Shown here piece by piece: positions 28,243-35,906 of a stretch of DNA of 35,906 bases (position 1 is its first letter; each line of letters opens with the position of its first letter). The translations under genes were made by a program, and so were the position numbers. Origin of the DNA: an uncultured archaeon (GTDB taxonomy: Archaea; Aenigmatarchaeota; Aenigmatarchaeia; CG10238-14; SCSR01); contig CAYYVK010000003.1 in assembly GCA_964475145.1 (NCBI GenBank), positions 1-35,906 on the forward strand. Reading direction: 5' to 3'. The notes beneath the pieces were generated by a model. That model had not been told where the DNA came from, did no database searches, and was given only the letters and a program-made list of their open reading frames with translations.

Positions 28243-28529
28243 CCCTTCTCTTTTATCTGAGACATTTTTACTAATGCATTGTCCAAAGCTCTTGCTACTT
28301 CCTCACCAACACGCGTTAGCTTTACTATCTTTATTCTACCCTTCTTTTCAAATTCTACCAACCCTAAATCGTTAAATAAATCTAACAACTTAACTGTATG
28401 AGAATAAGTTATATCCGTATTTTTAGAGAGAATTGTTGCATATTTTGGTCCTTCCCTTAGCATTACCAGCATTTTGACGGGTTTTACTCGTAAAAACAGG
28501 CGTGGTGCAAGCTTTTCACGCACAACCAA
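28239..28529 (-). CDS. Small MarR-like winged-helix protein
   Basis: YATILSKNTDITYSHTVKLLDLFNDLGLVEFEKKGRIKIVKLTRVG. Confidence 0.85.
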   Translation of the reverse strand: MVVREKLAPRLFLRVKPVKMLVMLREGPKYATILSKNTDITYSHTVKLLDLFNDLGLVEFEKKGRIKIVKLTRVGEEVARALDNALVKMSQIKEKG

Positions 28530-28692
28530 GTTGAAACACCCTATTTAAAATAATTGAAAAGGTAGTATTTATATTTGAAACATATTTATTTTTTAACATG
28601 TTTGGGTTTAGATGCTTTAAATCATATATTTTATAGAAAACTTATCAACGATTCTTATTAAGAATTTTAACCGGAAATACAAGTTAATTATC

Positions 28693-30348
28693 ATGGAAGA
28701 GATCTTTAAGAAGCATGCGCTGATTAATGCAGTACAACATAAAGGTAAAGCTAGTGTTCAAGCTGTCTTGAGCAGATCTATAGCTGAAAGACCTGAACTA
28801 AAAACTAGAATTAACGAGATTGTTAAAGTTATTCAAAAAATAGTTGACGAAGTGAATGCGCTCTCGCTAGAAGAGCAAAAAAGGAAAATAGAAGAGCTTG
28901 GTATAAAATTAGAAAGGAAAGTAAAAGAAGGGTTGCCTGAGCTTAAGGGTGCAGAAGTTGGAAAAGTAGTAATGAGATTGGCACCTTTTCCCTCTGGTCC
29001 TTTACATTTAGGTAACGCAAGAATGGCAATCTTGAACGACGAATATGTGAAAAAATATAAGGGGAAATTATTACTTGTTTTTGACGATACAATAGGTAGT
29101 AAGGAAAAGAGTATACTACCAGAAGCTTATGAGATGATAGAAGATGGGCTGAAATGGTTAGGAGTAGAATTCCATGAAAAAGTGTATAAGTCTGATAGGC
29201 TTGAATTGTTTTACAAGTATGGAAGAGAGATTATAGAAAAAGGATTTGCATATGTTTGTACATGCTCAGAAAATGAAATCAGAGAGAATAGAAGGAATGG
29301 AATAGAGTGTTCGTGTAGAAGTAGGAGTGTTCAAGAAAACCTTGATTTGTGGAAGAAAATGCTTGAAGGAAAATTCAAAGAAGGCGAGGCGACAGTAAGA
29401 ATTAAAACTAATATGAAACATCCAAACCCGGCTTTTAGAGACAGAGTCTTGTTTAGGATTAGTGAAAGAGAACATCCAAGAGTAGGAAAAAAATATAAGG
29501 TATGGCCGATGTTAGAATTCTCCTGGGCAGTAGACGATTGGTTGTTAGGAATAACCCATATTTTGAGAGGAAAACAGCTTGTGATAGAGGATATGATGGA
29601 AGAATTTATATGGGAAAAAATGGGCTGGCCAAAAAAGGAATTCATTCATTATGGGATGTTAAAGATAGAAGGAGCTGTTTTGAGTAAGAGCGAAACTAGA
29701 AAAATGATAGAGAAAAGGGTTATAAGTGGTTGGGAAGATCCTAGAACATGGTCATTACAATCTTTGAGAAAAAGGGGATTTCAACCTGAGGCTATAAGAA
29801 AATTTATAATTAAGATGGGCTTAAGCGAGGCAGACGTTTCCGTCCCGTTAGAAATACTTTACGCAGAAAATAGAAAGTTAATAGACCCTATAGCAAACAG
29901 GTATATGGCAGTAATCTCGCCTGTATGCATTTCTGTAGAAAATGCACCAGAACTCTTTTCCACAGAAATTCGAATGCATCCAGATTTCCCAGAAAGAGGG
30001 ACAAGGAAAATACCAGTCAACACTCAAAAAATATACTTGGAAAGTGAGGATATAAAAAAGTTAGAAGGAAAAGAAGTAGGATTAATAAACCTTTTTTCTG
30101 TAAGAATCGGTAAAAAAGTCGAATTTTTAAGTAATGAGATAAGCTATGAAATTCCAAAGATCCATTGGGTCTCTGAACCAAACGTGAAAGTTAAGATAAT
30201 AATGCCAAACGGAGAAGTGAAAAAAGCCTTAGCAGAACCATCGATAGAAGAGCTTAAAGAAGGAGAAATTATTCAACTCTATCGTATAGGCTTTTGTAGA
30301 GTTGACAAAATGGGAGAGGATAAAGTTTTATATTTTGCACATAAATAG
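28693..30348 (+). CDS. gltX: Glutamate--tRNA ligase (archaeal)
   Basis: [14 protein letters not shown] (HIGH), LSKS (KMSKS), GWEDPR, ends YFAHK. Confidence 0.97.
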   Translation: MEEIFKKHALINAVQHKGKASVQAVLSRSIAERPELKTRINEIVKVIQKIVDEVNALSLEEQKRKIEELGIKLERKVKEGLPELKGAEVGKVVMRLAPFPSGPLHLGNARMAILNDEYVKKYKGKLLLVFDDTIGSKEKSILPEAYEMIEDGLKWLGVEFHEKVYKSDRLELFYKYGREIIEKGFAYVCTCSENEIRENRRNGIECSCRSRSVQENLDLWKKMLEGKFKEGEATVRIKTNMKHPNPAFRDRVLFRISEREHPRVGKKYKVWPMLEFSWAVDDWLLGITHILRGKQLVIEDMMEEFIWEKMGWPKKEFIHYGMLKIEGAVLSKSETRKMIEKRVISGWEDPRTWSLQSLRKRGFQPEAIRKFIIKMGLSEADVSVPLEILYAENRKLIDPIANRYMAVISPVCISVENAPELFSTEIRMHPDFPERGTRKIPVNTQKIYLESEDIKKLEGKEVGLINLFSVRIGKKVEFLSNEISYEIPKIHWVSEPNVKVKIIMPNGEVKKALAEPSIEELKEGEIIQLYRIGFCRVDKMGEDKVLYFAHK

Positions 30349-30364
30349 TATTAGAGATGATTAT

Positions 30365-30736
30365 ATGCCAAAAGGTTACGTTAAATTTGAAGTTCCAAAA
30401 GAATTGAGCGATAAAGTATTGCAACTAGTAGAAGTTTCCAAGAATACTGGAAAAATTAAGCGGGGCACGAACGAGACTACTAAAGCTGTTGAAAGAGGGC
30501 AAGGGCAGTTGGTTGTAATAGCAACTGATGTAGATCCAGAAGAAATAGTAATGCACCTACCACCTTTATGTGAAGAAAAAAATGTTCCATACATATTTGT
30601 TCCGAGTAAACAGGAGTTAGGTAGAAGTGCTGGAATAGACGTAGCGGCAGCTGCTGTTGCTATACTAGACCCTGGTGAAGGAAAAGAACTTTTAAAGGAT
30701 ATTCTAAACTCTCTAGAGAAGATTAAGAAACAGTGA
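30365..30736 (+). CDS. rpl7ae: 50S ribosomal protein L7Ae
   Basis: YVKFEVP...[12 protein letters not shown]...[18 protein letters not shown]; ATG 30365. Confidence 0.97.
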   Translation: MPKGYVKFEVPKELSDKVLQLVEVSKNTGKIKRGTNETTKAVERGQGQLVVIATDVDPEEIVMHLPPLCEEKNVPYIFVPSKQELGRSAGIDVAAAAVAILDPGEGKELLKDILNSLEKIKKQ

Positions 30737-30740
30737 TAAT

Positions 30741-30950
30741 ATGGCAGACGTCGCATTTCCTGCGGAAGTAGTCCAACTACTTGGAAGAAGCGGTGTTAAA
30801 GGTGTACAACAAGTAAGATGTAAAGTTCTTGAAGGACCTGATAAAGGAAAAATTCTTATAAGAAATGTGATTGGTCCAGTAAGGCTCAAGGATATACTCA
30901 TGCTAAGAGAGACAGAAATGGAAACCGCTGGAAAATTAGAAAGTAGATAA
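30741..30950 (+). CDS. rps28e: 30S ribosomal protein S28e
   Basis: [12 protein letters not shown]...QVRCKVLEG...RNVIGPVR...LRETE. Confidence 0.96.
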   Translation: MADVAFPAEVVQLLGRSGVKGVQQVRCKVLEGPDKGKILIRNVIGPVRLKDILMLRETEMETAGKLESR

Positions 30951-30952
30951 AA

Positions 30953-31111
30953 ATGAAGTGTTCTTTTTGTAAAAGACCTATAAAACCTGGGACAGGAAAA
31001 ATGTTAGTAAAAAATAGTGGTGAAATACTGTACTGGTGCTCTTCTAAATGCGAAAAAAACTTCATGATGGGTAGAAACCCAAAAAAGTTAAAGTGGGTTG
31101 AAAAAGTCTAG
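30953..31111 (+). CDS. rpl24e: 50S ribosomal protein L24e (52 aa, below the ORF-track cutoff)
   Basis: [52 protein letters not shown]. Confidence 0.95.
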   Translation: MKCSFCKRPIKPGTGKMLVKNSGEILYWCSSKCEKNFMMGRNPKKLKWVEKV

Positions 31112-31119
31112 GCGATTAC

Positions 31120-32124
31120 TTGCGAGTTGGTATCGCCTTAAAAGAAAAGGATGTAGACCTTATCATCTCACTCTTAAACTCCCGTAAAGAAATAAAAGTA
31201 GAGGAAATCCTCTTCCAAATGTTAAGAAAAAATATAAGCTCCTCTGATATTCTTTTCATCCTGCTCCAAATTTTAGGACGAGACGGATTTATAGAAGGTT
31301 CTAAAGGAGTTATAAAGATTATAAAACCGATTGACGAGAAAGAGGCGTATATAGCTAAAAAGAGATTAATAGAAAGTTTGTCAAAAAGTACAAAAGTTTT
31401 TGTTACACCATTGGAAATTGGAAAATTCTTTCAATGCCCAAGAAGGATTTGGTTAGAGAAGGTGGTTATGTCTACCCAGAAAAAGGAAGAGAAAGGGAAA
31501 GCTTGGGACGGTGAAGCTTTACATTTTGCCATAAATCAGCTTGTTAAAAACCTTGAAAAGGGTATATCTACTGCTGTAGAAGATGCGGTAAACAGTGCTG
31601 TAAGTAAGTATGCTGGAAAAATTGAGCTTGAAAGAGAAAAGTTAGTAGATTTTTTGAATAGATTTTGTGAATTCATGAAGGAAGAAGGTATATCCACTGT
31701 TTTTACCGAAAAACTTTTAGAATCTTTTCCAGAAGGGTTGGTAGGAACCCCAGACTTGATAGGAATTAGTAAAGATGGTAAAATCATAACTATTGACATA
31801 AAGCTTGGTCAATTATCAAGAAAAGGTTTGAAAAAGGAACATCTATTACAAATTGTTGGAGAGGCCATTCTTGCAGAAAAATTCTTTAGAAAAAGAGTTG
31901 AAATAGCTTACCTAATTTATTTCGAATCTAACTCTCTTGCAAAGATTATTATTAGGGAAGATATGAAAAGAGAATTTTTGAAGTACAAGAGGGGTTTGAT
32001 AAAGACTTTTAGAAGCAGTTACATACCTCCTGTTAGCAGATTGCCAAACTTCAAAAAAAGAGTTTGTCAAGGATGTCATGTGAGACATGTTTGTGAAAAC
32101 ATAGAATTGTTAAAGAAGATTTAA
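31120..32124 (+). CDS. Solo Cas4-like PD-(D/E)XK nuclease with Fe-S cysteines and extra N-terminal domain
   Basis: FFQCPRRIW, GEALH, GTPDL, IDIK, C-terminal CQGCHVRHVC. Confidence 0.85.
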   Translation: MRVGIALKEKDVDLIISLLNSRKEIKVEEILFQMLRKNISSSDILFILLQILGRDGFIEGSKGVIKIIKPIDEKEAYIAKKRLIESLSKSTKVFVTPLEIGKFFQCPRRIWLEKVVMSTQKKEEKGKAWDGEALHFAINQLVKNLEKGISTAVEDAVNSAVSKYAGKIELEREKLVDFLNRFCEFMKEEGISTVFTEKLLESFPEGLVGTPDLIGISKDGKIITIDIKLGQLSRKGLKKEHLLQIVGEAILAEKFFRKRVEIAYLIYFESNSLAKIIIREDMKREFLKYKRGLIKTFRSSYIPPVSRLPNFKKRVCQGCHVRHVCENIELLKKI

Positions 32125-32192
32125 ATTTTTAAGGGATTTAAAACAGAAGGTAAAACCTATTTGATTGAGAAAGTGTAAGAAATTCTATAGAA

Positions 32193-32295
32193 GGGCCGGT
32201 AGATCAACGGTAGATCGCCGCTCTAGCCTAGGCGAGTGCAAAGCGGAGAAGTTTTCCAACTCCGTAAGCTCCGGGTTCAAATCCCGGCCGGTCCA
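32193..32295 (+). tRNA. tRNA-Ala(TGC) with two introns: 32225-32236 (33/34) and 32249-32267 (45/46)
   Basis: Acceptor GGGCCGG/CCGGTCC+A with G3:U70; D stem GATC/GATC. After removing both inserts: CCGCT-CTTGCAA-AGCGG-AGGCT-CCGGG-TTCAAAT-CCCGG (72 nt). Confidence 0.88.
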
Positions 32296-32400
32296 TTAAA
32301 ACTTTTCTGCTATTTTGCAATTCGTATAAATCTTTAAGACTCTAGGCATTAAAGCTTAAAAACATCAAACGATTATATTACTTAAACCAAAGTGTTTAGT

Positions 32401-32967
32401 ATGGGAATAAGTAGAGTAAAGGATGAAAAAGTAGAGAAGGAAGAGAAAAAAGAAGAAAGGCCAAAAAAGGAAGAGAAAAAAGAAGTTGTTAAAACAAAGG
32501 TAATTGTTAGAATTGCAAATACTGACCTAGACGGTGAGAAACGATTAGCATATGCTTTAAAAGGTGTTAAAGGAATAGGCTTTACCATGGCAAAAGCTAT
32601 TTGTAAAGCTGCTGGCCTTGACCCCTCTAGAAAGCTCAGTTCTTTAAACGAAAGTGAAATAGAAAAGCTAGAAGATGTTATTTTGAATCCATCAAAATAT
32701 GGTATACCATCTTATCTTTTCAACAGAAGAAAAGATTTAGAAAGTGGTAAGGATTTGCACCTTATTGGATCTGACCTAGAAGTAGTAAAGAAATTTGACA
32801 TAGAAAGGTATATTAACCTAAAAACGTATAGAGGATGGAGGCATATGCTCGGTCAACCAGTTAGAGGTCAATCAACAAGAAGTCACTTCAGAGAAAGGGG
32901 TAAAATAGTTGGTGTTACTAAGAAAGCAATAAAAATAAAAACAGGGGAAAAGAAGGAAGAGAAGTGA
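32401..32967 (+). CDS. rps13: 30S ribosomal protein S13 (uS13)
   Basis: [37 protein letters not shown]; charged N-terminal extension. Confidence 0.96.
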   Translation: MGISRVKDEKVEKEEKKEERPKKEEKKEVVKTKVIVRIANTDLDGEKRLAYALKGVKGIGFTMAKAICKAAGLDPSRKLSSLNESEIEKLEDVILNPSKYGIPSYLFNRRKDLESGKDLHLIGSDLEVVKKFDIERYINLKTYRGWRHMLGQPVRGQSTRSHFRERGKIVGVTKKAIKIKTGEKKEEK

Positions 32968-32971
32968 TCAA

Positions 32972-33424
32972 ATGAGAAGACTAAAGAAAAAGTATGAAAC
33001 TCCTCTAAAACCTTGGGATAAGGAAAGATTAGAAAAGGAAAGACAGCTGATGAAGACCTATGGACTTAAGAAAAAACAAGAGTTATGGAGAATGGAAGCA
33101 ATGCTAAAAAAGTATAGAAAAATTGCAAGATCGTTAATAGCCAAGAGAGATAAAGAGAAAGAAATGAGACTAATAGAAAAACTAAACAAAATTGGTGTTT
33201 TGAGTGGAAATGCGACCTTAGATGATGTATTAAGTTTGACTGTAGAAAATTTTTTAGAGAGAAGGTTGCAAACTATTCTTTTTAGGAAAGGAATGGCTAA
33301 GTCTGTAAAACATGCAAGACAACTTATCACTCATGGACACGTTGTTATAAATGGTAAAAAGGTTGTATATCCTAGCTATCTTGTACCTGTTTCAGAAGAA
33401 GAAAAGATAGAGGTGACTCTATGA
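32972..33424 (+). CDS. rps4: 30S ribosomal protein S4 (uS4)
   Basis: [30 protein letters not shown]. Confidence 0.96.
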   Translation: MRRLKKKYETPLKPWDKERLEKERQLMKTYGLKKKQELWRMEAMLKKYRKIARSLIAKRDKEKEMRLIEKLNKIGVLSGNATLDDVLSLTVENFLERRLQTILFRKGMAKSVKHARQLITHGHVVINGKKVVYPSYLVPVSEEEKIEVTL

Positions 33425-33810
33425 AAGAAGAAAAATGGGGAATTGCTCATATACTCAGCACACCAAACAACACCATAGTTCATATCACTGATCTAAGCGG
33501 AGCTGAAACTATAGCAAGATACTCTGCTGGTATGATGACAGACAAAGATAGAGAAGGTGGAAGTCCTTTCCCAGCAATGCTCGCAGCAAAAAAGGCCGCT
33601 GAAGTTGCAATAATGAAAGGTCTGACTGGTGTGCATATACGAGTTAGAGCTCCAGGTGGAACAAAAAGCAAAATCCCTGGACCTGGGGCACAAACAGCAA
33701 TAAGAACCTTAGCACGAGCTGGCCTAAAGATAGGTATTATAGAAGATGTTACCCCAATAATTCATGGATATATGCGACCAAAAGGTGGAAGAAGAGGAAG
33801 GAGAGTCTAA
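33421..33810 (+). CDS. rps11: 30S ribosomal protein S11 (uS11)
   Basis: [35 protein letters not shown]. Confidence 0.96.
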   Translation: MKEEKWGIAHILSTPNNTIVHITDLSGAETIARYSAGMMTDKDREGGSPFPAMLAAKKAAEVAIMKGLTGVHIRVRAPGGTKSKIPGPGAQTAIRTLARAGLKIGIIEDVTPIIHGYMRPKGGRRGRRV

Positions 33811-33861
33811 GCTTGGGTTATTTAAAGATGAAAAATAAAATATTCAAATCATGCGATCCTC

Positions 33862-34473
33862 ATGAAGGTAGAAATTTTAAACCTAACCGAAAATGAGATA
33901 AAATTCTCTATAGAGGGGATAAGCCAGTCTTTAGCTTCTGCACTCAGAAGAGTTATGCTTTCTGAAGTACCGACTATGGCCATAGAATGGGTAGATTTCA
34001 AGAAAAATGATTCTGCATTGAATGATGAGATAATTGCCCATAGGTTAGGTCTAGTCCCTTTGACGTTTGATAAAAAAGTTTATAATCTGCCAAACGAATG
34101 TACATGTGAAGGAAAAGGTTGTAGCAGATGCCAAGTAAAACTTACTCTGAAGAAGAAAGGCCCTTGCACAGTTTATGCAGAAGATTTAAAGTCTACAGAC
34201 AAGGATGTAAAACCAGTATACCCAAAAATACCTATAGTTGAACTTTTAGAAGATCAAGAACTCCAACTTGAAGCAACGGCACAACTTGGTACAGGTAGGG
34301 AACATGCAAAATGGCAAGCAGCCGTAGTTGGCTATGAAGTAAATGGTAACAAGTTCATGTTTGATGTAGAAAGTGTATGTGGATTAAAACCTGAAGAAGT
34401 GGTGATTTCTGCAATAGAAGTTTTGGAAAAGAAGTTTAAAGAATTTGGTAAATTAGTAAAAAAGATAAAATAA
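33862..34473 (+). CDS. rpoD: RNA polymerase subunit D (Rpo3)
   Basis: LRRVMLSEVPTMAIE, DEIIAHRLGLVPL, GTGREHAKWQ. Confidence 0.96.
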   Translation: MKVEILNLTENEIKFSIEGISQSLASALRRVMLSEVPTMAIEWVDFKKNDSALNDEIIAHRLGLVPLTFDKKVYNLPNECTCEGKGCSRCQVKLTLKKKGPCTVYAEDLKSTDKDVKPVYPKIPIVELLEDQELQLEATAQLGTGREHAKWQAAVVGYEVNGNKFMFDVESVCGLKPEEVVISAIEVLEKKFKEFGKLVKKIK

Positions 34474-34496
34474 ATAGAATTCTTAATTAATTCTGT

Positions 34497-34613
34497 GCCG
34501 GGGTCGCCTAGCCTGGTCAATGGCGCGAGGCTTAAGCGTTGCTTAAGCTCTGAAGAAAGATGAAGAAACCTCGTGGATTAGTTCCTTCGTGGGTTCAAAT
34601 CCCACCCCCGGCA
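34497..34613 (+). tRNA. tRNA-Leu(TAA) with 31-nt intron at 37/38 (34537-34567)
   Basis: Acceptor GCCGGGG/CCCCGGC+A73, anticodon stem CGAGG/CCTCG, loop CT-TAA-G|A, long variable arm GGA-TTAGT-TCC, T arm GTGGG-TTCAAAT-CCCAC. Confidence 0.88.
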
Positions 34614-34959
34614 TCAATTTTAACTATAAGGCTTCGGTTTTTCTCCTTCGACACACTTTGGAATAGAAAATTTATGAATAAGAATGAAAGTAATTTATTT
34701 GTGAACCTTCAATAATCGATAGGTTTATGGGGAACTTCTAGTAATAGTGCTCAAGTGGTTGGCAATAATTATACTTTTTCAGAAAAAGTAGTTGGAAGTT
34801 AGACCCTTTAACTGTAACTTTTATTTCTAGCCTAGCAGTAGCTTAATGTTGGGCACAATTCATTTATCAAAGTGTCTCTATTTCAAGAACCCATTTAATT
34901 TGATCATTCCAGCTCTCATATACAACCATTTTAAATAGGTACTTGTAAACTAGAATAAT

Positions 34960-35568
34960 ATGAAAAACCTAGAAAGCTTAGTCAGAAAACTAGAGAAAAA
35001 AGCAAAAGAAAATGGCGCAACATTTGTTAAACTCATTAAAAGTAGCGATGTAGTTGTAAAAGATTGGGTAAGAGAAAAATGTATGTTTGGATGCAAAGGC
35101 TTTCGCTGGCATTGCCCGCCGTTCGCTAAACCGCCCAAAGAAACCAGAGAATTTTTGAAAGATTATAACTACTGTTTGCTTGTTGGTTTTGGAAATCTTA
35201 AGAAGACTACAGATAATAGAAAAGTCCAGCTGACGATCTTCCAACTTGAGAGAATTTGTTTTTTAAATGGGTTCTACAAGGCTTTTGGACTAACTGCAGG
35301 TCCTTGTAGGATATGCAAAAAATGCAACGTGAAAAGAAACCTGAAGGTTTTTATAAGAGATGTAAGAAGGCTCACTAAAGAATCCTCTAAAGTAATTCTT
35401 GGGGCGCTTTACAAAAAATTCTGTAAAGGAATAAAAATTGCAAGACCAGCAATGGAGGCATGGGGAATCGATGTTTACGAGACTGTTCGAAGAGCTGGAG
35501 GGGTAATAAATGTTATTAAAAGAAGGGGTGAAAAATTTAAAAGTTTTGGGCTTGTTTTAATAGAATAG
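34960..35568 (+). CDS. DUF2284-like Cys-rich metal-binding protein
   Basis: WVREKCMFGC...WHCPP...LERICF..GFYKAF..AGPCRICKKC...ARPAMEAWGIDV. Confidence 0.85.
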   Translation: MKNLESLVRKLEKKAKENGATFVKLIKSSDVVVKDWVREKCMFGCKGFRWHCPPFAKPPKETREFLKDYNYCLLVGFGNLKKTTDNRKVQLTIFQLERICFLNGFYKAFGLTAGPCRICKKCNVKRNLKVFIRDVRRLTKESSKVILGALYKKFCKGIKIARPAMEAWGIDVYETVRRAGGVINVIKRRGEKFKSFGLVLIE

Positions 35569-35851
35569 CGTTAAAAATAGCGTTAAATTTTCAATTGGGC
35601 AGATTTTGTTTTATGCTAATAAGTGCTCTTTCCTATCTTCACTTTTTCCAACCAGCTCTTTTTGCCTCTTTTTTTAGCATTTTTTGGCAAATTCCCTTGA
35701 AGTGAACTTAGATTTTTAAACAAATAACAAGGTAAAATGCAAGCAAGAAATAAATGGTTTTATCTAATCCTCAGTGAAGTTTATAATTTTTTAACTTCTT
35801 TCAAATATGCGATAACAAAACTAAGTAGAGTTGAATTCCTGTAAATTTATT

Positions 35852-35905
35852 TTAAAATTTCATCAGGCTCTCTACTAGCTTTCTTGTAGCCTCTTGTGTT
35901 TCTTT
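35852..35905 (-). CDS. Possible 3' end of a gene entering from the right edge
   Basis: KETQEATRKLVESLMKF* with genome-typical codons; too short to identify. Confidence 0.35.
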   Translation of the reverse strand, partial: KETQEATRKLVESLMKF

Positions 35906-35906
35906 A

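Noticed and set aside
32223-32241. Alternative tRNA reading with anticodon AGC and a canonical 37/38 intron
   Set aside because: No BHB helix forms for that junction and A34 anticodons are essentially absent in archaea; the 33/34 model pairs well.
34497-34613. tRNA-Ser(TGA) interpretation
   Set aside because: It cannot give a 7-nt loop; A73 and the D-loop/variable arm match Leu.

Overview
AT-rich archaeal chromosomal segment, most consistent with a DPANN lineage such as Aenigmarchaeota (inference from split RpoB''/RpoB', divergent informational proteins and compact gene packing). Most of it is housekeeping: thrS, DNA ligase, an unlinked 5S rRNA, the rpoH-B''-B'-A'-A''-rpl30e-nusA-rps12-rps7-EF2-EF1A-rps10 cluster, cmk, map, gltX-rpl7ae-rps28e-rpl24e and rps13-rps4-rps11-rpoD. 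Several features are absent from the ORF track: (i) a partial pilus/secretion ATPase with a LAGLIDADG intein; (ii) three intron-containing tRNAs (Asp with a D-loop intron, Ala with two non-canonical introns, Leu with duplicated splice contexts); (iii) two convergent Cys4 zinc-finger micro-ORFs with overlapping stop codons; (iv) a CTG start for rpoB''. The most interesting region is 25.7-28.5 kb. There an Xer-like recombinase is preceded by two dif-like sites and flanked by three HTH genes and an orphan Cas2-fold gene. One HTH gene carries ~10-bp-phased palindromic arrays inside its own coding sequence. I propose this as a candidate chromosome terminus/segregation module (hypothesis only). All calls come from reading motifs by eye; no searches were run.
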